A DNA stretch of 64,000 bases, taken from NCBI RefSeq assembly GCF_032444005.1, contig NC_091283.1:271002001-271066000 (forward strand), written 5' to 3'. This document shows, piece after piece, positions 1-12,189 of this stretch. Under the pieces are notes generated by a model that worked only from the letters and a program-made list of their open reading frames with translations, was not told the DNA's origin and did no database searches. Made by a program: the position numbers and the translations under genes. Each line of letters begins with the position of its first letter. Within the stretch, counting starts at the first letter, position 1. Origin of the DNA: Ranitomeya imitator (taxonomy: Eukaryota).

Positions 1-1621
1 TGTACATAGGGGCAGTATTATAGTAGTTATATTCTTGTACATAGGGGCAGTATTATAGTAGTTATATTCTTGTACATAGGGGCAGTATTATAGAAGTTAT
101 ATTCTTGTACATATGAGCAGTATTATAGTAGTTATATTCGTGTATATAGGAGCAGTATTATAGTAGTTATATTCTTATACATAGGAGCAGTATTATAGTA
201 GTTATATTCTTGTATATAGGAGCAGTATTATAGCAGTTATAGTCTTGTACATAGGGGCAGTATTATAGCAGTTATATTCTTGTACATAGGGGCAGTATTA
301 TAGTAGTTATATTCTTGTACATAGGGGCAGTATTATAGTAGTTATATTCTTGTACATAGGGGCAGTATTATAGCAGTTATATTCTTGTACATAGGGGCAG
401 TATTATAGTAGTTATATTCTTGTACATAGGGGCAGTATTATAGTAGTTATATTCTTGTACATAGGGGCAGTATTATAGTAGTTATATTCTTGTACATAGG
501 GGCAGTATTATAGTAGTTATATTCTTGTACATAGGGGCAGTATTATAGTAGTTATATTCTTGTACATATGAACAGTATTATAGTAGTTATATTCCTGTAC
601 ATAGGAGCAGTATTATAGTAGTTATAGTCTTGTATATAGGAGCAGTATTATAGTAGTTATATTCTTGTACATAGGGGCAGTATTATAGTAGTTATATTCT
701 TGTACATAGGGGCAGTATTATAGCAGTTATATTCTTGTACATAGGGGCAGTATTATAGCAGTTATATTCTTGTACATAGGGGCAGTATTATAGTAGTTAT
801 ATTCTTGTACATAGGGGCAGTATTATAGTAGTTATATTCTTGTACATAGGGGCAGTATTATAGTAGTTATATTCTTGTACATAGGGGCAGTATTATAGTA
901 GTTATATTCTTGTACATAGGGGCAGTATTATAGTAGTCATGTTCTTGTACATAGAGGCAGTATTATAGTAGTTATATTCTTGTACATGGGGGCAGTATTA
1001 TAGTAGTTATATTCTTGTACATAGGAGCAGTATTATAGTAGTCATATTCTTGAACATAGGAGGCAGTATTATAGTAGTTATATTCTTGTACATAGGAGCA
1101 GTATTATAGTAGTCATATTCTTGAACATAGGAGGCAGTATTATAGTAGTTATATTCTTGTACATAGGGGCAGTATTATAGTAGTTATATTCTTGTACATA
1201 GGAGGCAGTATTATAGTAGTTATATTCTTGTACATAGGAGCAGTATTATAGTAGTTATATTCTTGTACATAGGAGCAGTATTATAGTAGTTATATTCTTG
1301 AACATAGGAGGCAGTATTATAGTAGTTATATTCTTGTACATAGGGGCAGTATTATAGTAGTTATATTCCTGTACATAGGGGCAGTATTATAGTAGTTATA
1401 TTCTTGTACATAGGTGCAGTATTATAGTAGTTATATTCTTGTACATGGGGGGCAGTATTATAGTAGTTATATTCTTGTACATAGGAGCAGTATTATAGTA
1501 GTTATATTCTTGTACATGGGGGGCAGTATTATAGTAGTTATATTCTTGTACATAGGAGCAGTATTATAGTAGTTATATTCTTGTACATAGGGGCAGTATT
1601 ATAGTAGTTATATTCTTGTAC
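1..1621 (+). repeat. 35-bp satellite array (TGTACATAGGGGCAGTATTATAGTAGTTATATTCT)n, ~46 copies, runs off window start
   Basis: Direct 35-bp periodicity from base 1; same unit recurs inverted at ~5905-6680 and direct at 63677-64000. Confidence 0.97.
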
Positions 1622-3036
1622 ACAGTAGTCTTTTTTATTATTATTACCTCCATATTTTCGTTTCTTTGTGTTTCTTTTACCCTACATTCGGGTTTATGTG
1701 TTGTATATATCGCATTCTCAGCACAGCCGTGTTGTTATATAAAGATTATATCCTGTTGTTGTCCTCTGAGTGGCCGGAGCTCAGACGTTAACAATTCGCC
1801 TCCTGTGAGTCACTAAGTATGAGGAAGTGTGGTGGGAAACCCCGGAGAACAACTGCTGACGCCTCCGGTGACGTTTGTGTTCCTTGTTGGATCCAGGTTT
1901 AATTTTGTTACTCATCGATGAAATCTGATCACTCCATTACACGCGGTACGAGGCGGTGCTGGGATCAGGCGGGTGAAGCTTCGTCCTGTGAGCTTGGTCA
2001 TACAGACCCATCTTCGAGGATCAGATTTAGCTTTCAGGAGTCTGGGAAAGTTGGGTGAGAGGATTGAATTGTGATGAGAATTAAGAATAACAATAGGTTG
2101 AGTTTTTTGGGGGGGTAAATGGCGTCATTATCATTGCGGATTTATGTATAAATACTGGCGGTGATGTCATCTTTGGTCTCTGTGTACAGCCGGCGGTCAT
2201 GCCATAGTCTTCCTCTTTCCTGACCGCCGGCGATGATGCCATTGTCTCCATCTTTCCTTACAGACAGCAGTGACTCTGCAGAACGTGTCTTGTGTACCGG
2301 ACGGGAATCACGGAGGAACAGACCTTGATCTCCGGGGTGAGTGACTCTTCATGGCTTTGAATATTAATATGGTGAGAGCGGGGCGGCGTACGGGGAAAGT
2401 TCAGTCGAAAGCCACATACTGCCATATACTGTCTTGTAAGGTTTTGGTTGAGTTCCCACTTTTTGCATTGTGATAATTTTTGGACACAATTTTTTGCCAG
2501 TTTCCTTTAGTATATATATTTTTTTCTGACAATTCAACGTACCTTTGTTTTAAAAATCTGTTTTATTATATTCTTTTGGCTTTTTAAGTTTATAGTTTGA
2601 AAATAAAAAGTAAAGATAATTTACATTTTAGTCAATTTCTCCAATGATTGCATAGTGTTACGTGCTTATTTCTGGGCAATTGGATCAGCGATATAAGAAT
2701 GATTATTCTGAGCTTTTAGTCTTTTTTTTGCTGGAAGAGGTGGAACTATTTTATGTATAATTTTTCTTTGTGTTTATTTTTGGTTGATTTAATTTTGATT
2801 TTCTGTCTCCGGACCGGACAAATTTTTCCAAGGGTGATCTAGTTAGACCCCCTTCGTGGCCATCATGTCACCAATTCCACTCATTGAGATCACAGATTGG
2901 TGACCGCCCTTCTGTCTTCTCCCCAGGGTCCTGCTGAGCTCCAAACCTTATAAACCCTAAAACTTGGACACTCTAGATCTCAGTTTCAGCAGTGAAGGGT
3001 TAACTGAGGACAGATTATTAATGTCACTCACACAAG

Positions 3037-3370
3037 CCTCTGGACACTGTGGATGTCACACAGGACTCTGGACACTGTAGGCATCATAGAGGCCTCTGGA
3101 CACTGTGGGCGTCATAGAGGCCTCTGGACACTGTGGACGTCACACTGGCCTCTGGACACTGTGGACGTCACACAGGCCTCTGGACACTGTGGACGTTACA
3201 CAGGCCTCTGTACACTGTGGACGTCACACAGGACTGTGTACACTGTGAACATCACACAGGCCTCTGTACACTGTGGAAGTCACACAGGACTGTGGACACT
3301 GTGAACATCACACAGGACTCTGGACACTGTGGACGTCACACAGACCTTTGGCCACCACGGACGTCACACA
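3037..3370 (+). repeat. ~28-bp minisatellite (CTGGACACTGTGGACGTCACACAGGCCT)n upstream of the ADPRM coding exon
   Basis: Visible tandem periodicity; explains ORFs 3053..3304 and 3133..3558. Confidence 0.9.
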
Positions 3371-3746
3371 GGCATTACGGCAGCCAATCTCCCGCTACAT
3401 ACTGGTCAGCAGTCCTTCCCCAGTTGACATCACACATGGATGCATGTTGGGTCCCTTTTGCAGTCCCACCAGACTCTCCAGAGCCGAATCCTCCCGAGGC
3501 TGACAGCACTGGAATAATACACATACACACATCACCATGTGGCTTTTCTTGGACCTAAGCAGCCATGTTCACCTCATGTTGTAGTTTACAGCCATGAAGC
3601 CATCTTTCTCTGTGGAAACTTCTATATCAGGTCATGGTGGTGCCACCTCAAATCACGACCTACCATACTATTAAACCAGGGACTGCAGGATGCACGATAC
3701 ACCACCAAATCCTTTAAGATTATGTGTTATTTGTATTCTCTACAGG

Positions 3747-4347
3747 ATGGAAGAACCAAAGAAATACTTGAGAGGCTGCTCCAGGCACGGTCAACTTTAT
3801 TTTACGTTTGGGGTCATAGCAGATATTCAGTATGCCAATAAACCAGATGGACTTAGTGGCTGGAAAACCATGAGATACTACAGCCAAAGCTGTCTCCACT
3901 TCCAGGATGCCATAAAGCAGTGGAACGCGAAGGACATCAAGCCCAAGTTTGTGTTGCAACTTGGGGACATCATCGACAGCTACAACAAAAGAGCTGGAAG
4001 GTCAGAAGAATCACTTGAAATGGTTCTTTCCATGACCAAGGTGGCACTGATGCCTTTCCATCATGTCTGGGGTAACCATGAATTTTATAACTTCACTCGA
4101 GAATATTTAATGGACTCAAAGCTTAACACAACTTGGCTGCAGGACAAACAACAAAAGGAGCTGGAACAAAGTTGTGGAGGAACCTCAGATAACAAGGACT
4201 ACTACGCGTATCATTTCTGTCCTCATACTAAGTTCAGGTTCATTGTGGTGGACACTTATGATCTAAATGTCATTTCTGGAGAAATGTCCATTGAGAAACA
4301 CCTGAAGTCTTTAAATCTGATGGAAAGTAGCCAAGATAAATTAAATG
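3747..4347 (+). CDS. ADPRM: Mn-dependent ADP-ribose/CDP-alcohol diphosphatase, coding exon 1 of 3 (joined CDS 3747-4347, 4765-4872, 4966-5315; 352 aa)
   Basis: Acceptor ctctacag|G then ATG at 3747; motifs FGVIADIQ, LQLGDIID, WGNHEFYNF, YYAYHF match ADPRM/metallophosphoesterase; donor G|gtacgt at 4348 (phase 1). Confidence 0.9.
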
Positions 4348-4764
4348 GTACGTTCTTTAAAAGTGGAAGAAATTGCTGATGATTGGTCTAAGGGTGGAAG
4401 AGTCATTACATGTGCGGTCACTCCGCAGAAAAAAATAAATTAGATTTTTGGAAACCTTCATAATCCTTTGGGTGCTAGCGTATCTTCAACTCATGTCAAC
4501 ATGGTGTGCACACGGCCACCTCTATGTTGAGGGCTTAGTCTTCTTGTAGACCCTTACTTGGTTGACATGCTTTGGAGCAAACCTCTTACTAATGCCCCCC
4601 AAAAACCAAACCTCATGTTGCCATATATGTGGCACCTTAATTTCCTGGCAGGAGACAACAGTCACAGTCTTGGGAATTACATCTTGATTTTTTTAAATTG
4701 ATGTTTGTCTTCAGTAGATCCATGAGATGTGACTTTTATGTTATTCTCCTTTTGGACATAACAG

Positions 4765-4872
4765 GCTTCCACCTGAGGGAGTTTAATGGTGGCATGGGCC
4801 AAGAGCAGTTAGCGTGGTTAAATGATGTCCTCTCGTATTCCGACCAGAATGGTGAGAAGGTGATCATTGCTG
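4765..4872 (+). CDS. ADPRM: ADPRM-like coding exon 2 ([29 protein letters not shown])
   Basis: Acceptor ataacag|GC, donor G|gtaagt; phase 1/1 keeps the frame; matches the ADPRM FNGGxxxEQLxWLxxVL block. Confidence 0.88.
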
Positions 4873-4965
4873 GTAAGTTCTTCATCATTGCGGCTCATTC
4901 TCTTTTGGAAAATATTGTGCATCTCAATATAATTGTGACCCAAACTCAATGTTCCTTCTGCACAG

Positions 4966-5315
4966 GTCACATCCCCATCCACCCGAAAGCCATGCGTAGC
5001 GCCTGCTTGGCTTGGAATTATGATGAGATCCTCAGAACCATCTACTCTCACCAGTGCGTTGTGTGTTACTTTGCCGGCCACGACCACAGTGGTGGATACC
5101 ACCGGGACTCCCATGGAATACATCATGTCACTATGGAGGGTGTCATTGAGTCACCACCTGGCACCAACGCCTTTGGGACGGTCTTTGTGTACGAAGATGG
5201 GCTGCTTCTAGAGGGCAGAGGGAGGGTGAGGGACCGCTTCTTGCCCTATGATATGGGGGATACATTGGGCACCAGCTGTTTGACATGTTCAGGTGTTTCC
5301 TCCAAGGAAGGATGA
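4966..5315 (+). CDS. ADPRM: ADPRM-like coding exon 3 (GHIPIHP...CLAWNY...FAGHDH...EGVIE...GRGRV, stop TGA)
   Basis: Acceptor ttctgcacag|GT; metal-ligand His motifs GHIP and GHDH present; total 1059 nt = 353 codons. Confidence 0.9.
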
Positions 5316-5610
5316 GACTTGTGAAGCCAGAGTAGCAACTTCCTAATTATAGCCAAAGCATAGAAAAAAGATATGCCGAGAAAACTAGTGGAAAACACAG
5401 CGCCCCACATCGTCTGGTCACCAATGTAGACCATCGTATAGTGCCTCAAAGTGCCATAGACTTTCCAATAGTGCCGCCATTTAATGCCTCGATAGAACGT
5501 GCCTCATTGAGATCTTCATTCCCAGATCTCTAGAACTAAGCAGTAAACCACATGAGAAGATAAGGACTTGAGGCCTCATAGTGATCAGCTCTGACCTCCA
5601 GGAGGCTCCT

Positions 5611-5616
5611 AATAAA
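5611..5616 (+). promoter_or_regulatory. Candidate polyadenylation signal of the ADPRM-like gene (second AATAAA at 5714-5719)
   Basis: AATAAA ~300 nt after the stop codon; usage not testable from sequence. Confidence 0.4.
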
Positions 5617-5904
5617 TGATAACACGATACACGACCTGAAAAAGTCAGAGGAAGCGACAATCCTAACCATGACTGATAGGACTTTATGATGTCTGATTGA
5701 ATTACGTACGAACAATAAAAATTAACTACGCAACTAAAATACAGGAATTATTATCTCTTCATAAGATTGGACTCTAACAAACCTCAATAACTTAGATATA
5801 TATAGTCTGTCTGCCTGTCCCCCTCATCATTACATACATTGTACGCATAGCGGTTGTATCCTGTGAGTATCGTAAAAGACAATTAATTACTACTGCACCT
5901 ATCT

Positions 5905-6680
5905 AAGTACTATAATACTGTCCCCTATATACAAAAATATAACTACTATAATACTGCTCCTATGTACAAGAATATAACTACTATAATACTGCCCCCTATG
6001 TACAAGAATATAACTATAATACTGCCCCTATGTACAAGAATATAACTACTATAATACTGCCCCCTATGTACAAGAATATAACTACTATAATACTGCTCCT
6101 ATGCACAAGAATATAACTACTATAATACTGCTCCTATGTACAAGAATATAATTACTATTATACTGCCCCTATGTACAAGAATATAACTGCTATAATACTG
6201 CCCCTATGTACAAGAATATAACTACTATAATACTGCACTTATGTACAAGAATATATACATTATAATACTGCCCCTATGTACAAGAATATAACTACTATAA
6301 TACTGCCCCTATGTACAAGACTATAACTACTATAATACTGCCTCTATGTACAAGAATATAACTACTATACTACTGCCCCTATGTACAAGAATATAACTAC
6401 TATAATACTGCTCCTATGTACAAGAATATAACTACTATAATACTGCCACTATGTACAAGAATATAACTACTATAATGCTGCCCCTATGTACAAGAATATA
6501 ACTACTATAATACTGCCCCTATGTACAAGAATATAACTACTATAATACTGCCCCTATGTACAAGAATATAACTACTATAATACTGCTCCTATGTACAAGA
6601 ATATAACTACTATAATACTACTCCTATGTACAAGAATATAACTACTATAATACAGCTCCCTATGTACAGGAATATAATTA
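5905..6680 (-). repeat. 35-bp satellite array, inverted relative to 1-1621
   Basis: (ACTACTATAATACTGCCCCTATGTACAAGAATATA)n is the reverse complement of the 1-1621 unit. Confidence 0.95.
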
Positions 6681-7513
6681 CTGTAATTATATAATCCTGA
6701 CCCTATTATAACTGATGGAAGACAATATATTTAATCAACAGCTCCAGGACTTCAGCATTCAATTGTTATTTCTGGACTCCTCCAGTCCTGGAGGACAACC
6801 AATCTCAGCAGTTCTTGGAGACTTCCCGAATTAGCAGTCAAGGTCGTGATGGAAGTCCACCTTGTACCTTCTCAAAGGGTCTGTGTAAAGGATGGCTGAC
6901 TAAGGTGTAGGGGACCATACTGTCCTACAATGGGGAGATAGGGAATCATGGTAGCCAATGACCTGCTGCTTCAACTCCAAAAGCGCCAGGTGTCAGAGGT
7001 GCGTTTTGATGGAAAGATAAGGTTGAATAATTGGTGAGGGAAACAGTGGGTGGGTAAGGATAGAGGTTTCAGTAGGGCAGGAGAACATTGGTAGAGCTCA
7101 AGCCTAATTTTTGGTTGAAGGTGAAGATTCCGCTTGTCCTATACTAAAATTGATATTGCTTTTCCTTGTTTTCACCCATGATCTGGTTCATCCTCCATTC
7201 ACTCCATGATGGTAGGCCCAGTGTTACCCACCTACTGCCAGATGGGACCAACCTCATTTGGCCCCTCCATCCCCTCAGCTGCCTCCATGACTTAACTATT
7301 GATCACATTAGACAATGAGTGTTTGCTCAGATTTTGACGCAGCTGAATTTCAGAGAGTTCAGTAGAGTAAATCGATAGAAATCATGCAGATACATAATGC
7401 CCTCCCCACCCCCCCACTAAAAGGTGTTTCGCCTTATTTAACCTATTAAACATTTTTTTTAAATTACGTGGGATTCCCCCTTTTTTTTGATAACCAGCAA
7501 AGGTAAAGCAGAA

Positions 7514-7814
7514 AGCTTATATTATCAGGCTGAGAATGTCCCTGGTTATTGGCCCCTTCCCAGCCTAAAAATACCAGCTCAGTTTCCCCAGAAGATTGCC
7601 CTGGTGCGGTGATTTCTGCCAAACCACAGCTGCCCTCAACCCCAAGCCCTATTATCCAATTGCCACCGCACCAGGGCAATCGGGAAGAGCCAGGCAAAGC
7701 ACGAGAATTGGAGCATCTAATGTTATGCTCCACTTCTGGGGTGGCTGAGGGCTGGTATTTTTAGGCTGGGAAGGGGCCAATAACCATGGATCTTCCAAGC
7801 CTGATAATATAAGC
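7514..7814. repeat. Inverted-repeat fragment (probable MITE remnant)
   Basis: Perfect 35-bp inverted repeat 7544-7578 / 7751-7785 plus weaker outer arms 7514-7531 / 7798-7814. Confidence 0.65.
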
Positions 7815-8321
7815 ACACAGCTGTGTGATGAACGCAGCCTTAGGTGTCAGCCCTCGTATAGAAGACAATAAATCCTAGAGTAATGGATACTGTTTATTGG
7901 TTAACTGTAATTTACACGTAACATCACTCTCATCAACCGGATTAAGTGGTCCTTGGTGTCTTTTTTGGGTCATTTTCTCCATATTCTACAAAATAAAGCA
8001 AAGCTGATGTAAAGTGGGGCTAAAGTTGTGTCAAAACTCCACTTAATGTCTTAGAAAGTTGACAATCAGCACCAGTCAGAGATGGGCCTACTGGGCTTCA
8101 GGTCTGATGATAATCTGGATGTACAGTACATGTTTTTCACCTGCTAAGTAAATGGTGGGATGGAAAGGCTAGCTATTGTGACACTACAAACCAAGGACCC
8201 ACAGTTAACTGGTATGTCATCCATCTCTTAGAGAAGACGGAAAAACTTGGCTCTAGATCATATTGCTTCTCAATAACATAGACAGAAAATCCAGTTAATT
8301 CGATCTCCAATAGTCAAATTG

Positions 8322-9893
8322 TTAGTTTGTGATAGTCACAGAACCTTGGAAAACGCTGATGAGGACATGGAGGGGCTCGGAGAAGGTAGCGGTGAAGGTG
8401 TGAAGGAGTTTGATGGGGTCGCTCAGCTCATAAAAGGACAACTGCCCGGTCTCGTAGTCCAGATACACCCTGAATCTATTGCAGGTAATTCTGTGAAACA
8501 CGTCGATGCTACATTTGTTATGTATTAGTTTATAATCCTGATTGCTTCTCCGCAGACACCAGGATTTCTCGTTCGGACCACTGATGAAATGGTCACCTCC
8601 TCTACTTATACTGGGATAACACATCCCAACTCTCCAGCTATCGGAATCAGTGGTGTCCACTTCAAAGAAATGTTGTCCAGTAGAGAAGCTCCTCAAGCTT
8701 AGAACTTGATAGTCAAGAAACCTCTTAGGTGTATTGCCACGATTCTGGTAGACCTGTAATTTGGAGACTGTTTTCAAGTCATCCGATAGGAGTATATCAT
8801 TTGCGGCTGTACTTATATCCAGTACTATGTTTGTCGAGGTGTGCAGATACAGTCCTGTCCTCACATGATTGATCATATCAGACAGTGAGTGTAATGACTT
8901 GGTGATCAGAGCCATGTCCAGATCCTGTACATTCTGCTTTTTTTTTATGTCTTCCCACCATTTATCATCTCCTGCCTCTTCCGTATCACAGAAGTCATCC
9001 CTCTCCGATTCCTGCTCTTGTAGGATAGTTAATGGATCAGTCGTGTGGCACAATTTTTCGATGTGAGCCAACTTCTTGGACAACTCGGCCTTCTCCTCTT
9101 CGACCTGATTGATCAGTTTTGAGAATGTAGCTGACACCTCTTCCTCCTGCGTAGAGATCTCATTCAGGACCATCTTCTCCAGATCATCCAGGTGTCTCCT
9201 AAGGTCTCGGAATAGGTCCGAGACTTTCTCGGTAAGACCAGCTGCCTTTTTCTTATCATTTTTACTGCGTTCTTGTAGACCCTTAAATCTTTTGTCAGTT
9301 TGCTCTTTCTTAGATGCCAGTGTGTCCAGAACTTTTCTCAGTCTTTCTTTCTTTTTTGTAGACGCCTCATCAAGCATCTCCAGCTTATGTCCTCGATGCA
9401 ATATCTCTGAGCAATGTACACATATACAGGCCGCGTCCTCAAAGCAGTAATACTCCAAGATCGTCTTATGGATGGAACATTTTATGCTCTCAGGGTTAGT
9501 AATGAGGTCAGATAGCACGTGTTCTCGAGTCTTACTGTGGGCTCTTAGGTGGTCCTCACACAGAGAAGCTTCACAATGCAGGCAGGATTTAAGAGCAGGC
9601 ACCTGGGAATGAAGGCAGTAAGTGCAGAAGACTCCAGGCTTCAGTTCTGGCCGAGTAGGCCGTAAATGCTCTGCGATGTTATGTAGTGTGATGTTCCTGT
9701 GCAGCGCAGGACGCTCTGGAAACTCGGCTCTGCACTCAGGACAGGAGAAAACGTCTACTTGGCCCTGTGTGTCCAGCACCTGACCGACACAGTCCCGGCA
9801 AAAGTTGTGTCCACAGCTCAGGGTGACGGGATCCGTGTAGATGTTCAGGCAGATGGAGCAGCTTAGATCATCCCTCAAGTCAATGGAGGACAT
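8322..9893 (-). CDS. TRIM-A: TRIM25/finTRIM-like E3 ligase (RING, B-box1, B-box2, coiled coil, PRY-SPRY), 523 aa, single coding exon
   Basis: Likely ATG at 9893 (MSSIDLRDDLSCSIC) just after a splice acceptor (tctcctag|, exon from 9901); intact C3HC4 RING, both B-boxes complete, SPRY motif YLDYETGQLSFY. Confidence 0.92.
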   Translation of the reverse strand: MSSIDLRDDLSCSICLNIYTDPVTLSCGHNFCRDCVGQVLDTQGQVDVFSCPECRAEFPERPALHRNITLHNIAEHLRPTRPELKPGVFCTYCLHSQVPALKSCLHCEASLCEDHLRAHSKTREHVLSDLITNPESIKCSIHKTILEYYCFEDAACICVHCSEILHRGHKLEMLDEASTKKKERLRKVLDTLASKKEQTDKRFKGLQERSKNDKKKAAGLTEKVSDLFRDLRRHLDDLEKMVLNEISTQEEEVSATFSKLINQVEEEKAELSKKLAHIEKLCHTTDPLTILQEQESERDDFCDTEEAGDDKWWEDIKKKQNVQDLDMALITKSLHSLSDMINHVRTGLYLHTSTNIVLDISTAANDILLSDDLKTVSKLQVYQNRGNTPKRFLDYQVLSLRSFSTGQHFFEVDTTDSDSWRVGMCYPSISRGGDHFISGPNEKSWCLRRSNQDYKLIHNKCSIDVFHRITCNRFRVYLDYETGQLSFYELSDPIKLLHTFTATFSEPLHVLISVFQGSVTITN

Positions 9894-10779
9894 TGTGGAA
9901 TCTAGGAGATACAGGAGGAGCTTCTGGTGGACAATATTATCTGGTGGACGATCTTCCTGAAACCTGAGAGGTCCGGAAGAGACTGAAAACAATGTGTCTA
10001 GTAGAGGAAACCACCCAAAAGGCGGGAGGTTTGTTACCGAGTCACTGATCGATATTGATTGCTACTTCCAATAGGTGGCACTAGAGTTCTTCTCCTCTTC
10101 CTCTCTGAAGAGGCAATTTGCATGTTGAAAACAATACACAACTCTGCCAAGATGGAAAATGTTTCCAGTCCTAAGACCTTCTTCAGACCTCCAAACGTCC
10201 TCCTAACATCATACCTTGTTAGTATGTGGGTGGCCGGAAGGTTTGAAGAAGGTCCTAGGTCAAAAAAAAAACATTTGCCAAGTTGTAGACAGTAGAGTTG
10301 CTTGTGTACTGGATCTGGATTGGAAGTCTCCCCAGGTCTGTCTTGTGTCTTCCTATTGCGTTAGGGCAATCCGTTAAGCGCATAGCGCTAGCGGATTGCG
10401 CTAACGCAATGTTTCTTTTTGGTCCGCGTTCGCCGTCCCCGCTAGCGCAGATCCACGATCTGCGGCAGCGAGGGACGGACCTTGGACGCTGCAAGCAGCG
10501 TCCGAGGTCCGTCACAAAAGAACGGCACATCGCTAGCGCGTATATATATGTATATGTATATCTATATGTAATTGTCTAAGGGTCACTTCCGTCTTTCTGT
10601 CTGTCTGTCCTTCTTTCTGTCACGGATATTTATTGGTCGCGGCCTCTGTCTGTCATGGAATCCAAGTCGCTGATTGGTCTCGTCAGCTGCCTGTCATGGC
10701 TGCCGAGACCAATCAGCGACGGGCACAGTCCGATTAGTCCCTCCCCTACTCCCCTGCAGTCACAATGCCCGCCGTCCCG

Positions 10780-11870
10780 CTCCATACTCCCCGTAGTCAG
10801 TGTGCCCAGCGCCCGCTCCATACTCCCCGCAGTCAGTGTCCCCGGCGCCCGCTCCATACTCCTTGCTTTATACTCCCCGTAGTCAGTGTGCCCGGCGCCC
10901 ACTCCATACTCCCCGCAGTCAGTGTCCTCGGCGCCCGCTCCATACTCCCCGCTCCATACTCCCCGTAGTCAGTGTGCCCGGCGCCCACTCCATACTCCCC
11001 GCTCCATACTCCCCGTAGTCAGTGTGCCCGGCGCCCGCTCCATACTCCCCGCAGTCAGTGTCCCCAGCGCCCGCTCCATACTCCCCACTCCATACTCCCC
11101 GCAGTCATTGTCCCCGGCGCCCGCTCCATACTCCCCGCAGTCAGTGTCCCCGGCACCCGCTCCATACTCCCCACTCAATACTCCCCGCAGTCATTGTCCC
11201 CGGTGCCCGCTCCATACTCCCCGCAGTCATTGTCCCCGGCGCCCGCTCCATACTCCCCGCAGTCAGTGTCCCCGGCGCAAGCTCCATACTCCCTGCTCCA
11301 TACTCCCCATAGTGTGCCCGGCGCCCGCTCCATACTCCCCGCAGTCAGTGTCCCCGGCGCCCGCTCCATAGTCCCCACTCCATACTCCCCGCAGTCATCG
11401 TCCCCGGCGCCCGCTCCATACTCCCTGCAGTCATTGTCCCCGGCGCCCGCTCCATACTCCCCGTAGTCAGTGTCTCCGGCGCCCGCTCCATAGTCCCCAC
11501 TCCATACTCCCTGTAGTCATTGTCCCCGGCGCCCGCTCCATACTCCCCGCAGTCATTGTCCCCGGCGCCCGCTCCATACTCCCCGCAGTCAGTGTCCCCG
11601 GCGCCCGCTCCATACTCCCCACTCCATACTCCCTGTAGTCATTGTCCCCAGCGCCCTCTGCATACTCCCCGCAATCATTGTTCCCGGCGCCCGCTCCATA
11701 CTCCCCGCAGTCAGTGTCCCCGGCGCCCGCTCCATACTCCCCACTCCATACTCCCTGTAGTCATTGTCCCCACAGTCATACTTCCCGCAGTCAGTGTCCC
11801 CGGCGCCCGCACCATACTCCCCGCAGTCAGTGTCCTCGGCGCCCGCTACATACTCCCCGCTCCATACTCC
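10780..11870 (+). repeat. 36-bp minisatellite (CCCCGCAGTCAGTGTCCCCGGCGCCCGCTCCATACT)n with 14-bp sub-duplications
   Basis: Tandem periodicity; source of the Pro-rich spurious ORFs. Confidence 0.92.
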
Positions 11871-12189
11871 CCTCCGGTCACCGCTCACACAGGGTTAACG
11901 CCAGCTGTAACGGACCGCGTTATGCCGCGGGTAACGCACTCCGTAACCGCTGCTATTAACCCTGTGTGACCAAGTTTTTACTATTGATGCTGCCTATGTA
12001 GCGTCAATAGTAAAAAGATATAATGTTAAAAATAATTAAAAAAAACAAAAAACCTGCTATACTCACATTCCGTCGTCAGACGATGCGCTCGCGCCGGCCG
12101 CCATCTTCCATTCCCAGAGATGCATTGCGAACTTACCCAGAAGACTTAGCAGTCTCCGGGGGGCTGGGGAAGAACGCTGGGCACAGGGG

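Noticed and set aside
2265-2990. Possible non-coding 5' exons of ADPRM (acceptor ~2263, donor ~2337, acceptor ~2926)
   Set aside because: Splice-like motifs only; cannot be supported without transcript data.
3690-4379. Treating ORFs 3690..4379 and 4698..5315 as two genes
   Set aside because: They are exons of one ADPRM-like gene plus intron read-through.
9894-9992. N-terminal extensions of TRIM-A and TRIM-C (and the extra first codon of TRIM-B and TRIM-D) in the ORF track
   Set aside because: They start at TTG/GTG (bacterial starts) and the long ones cross splice acceptors; the conserved start is the M-[AS]-x-x-[DN]-L-R ATG.
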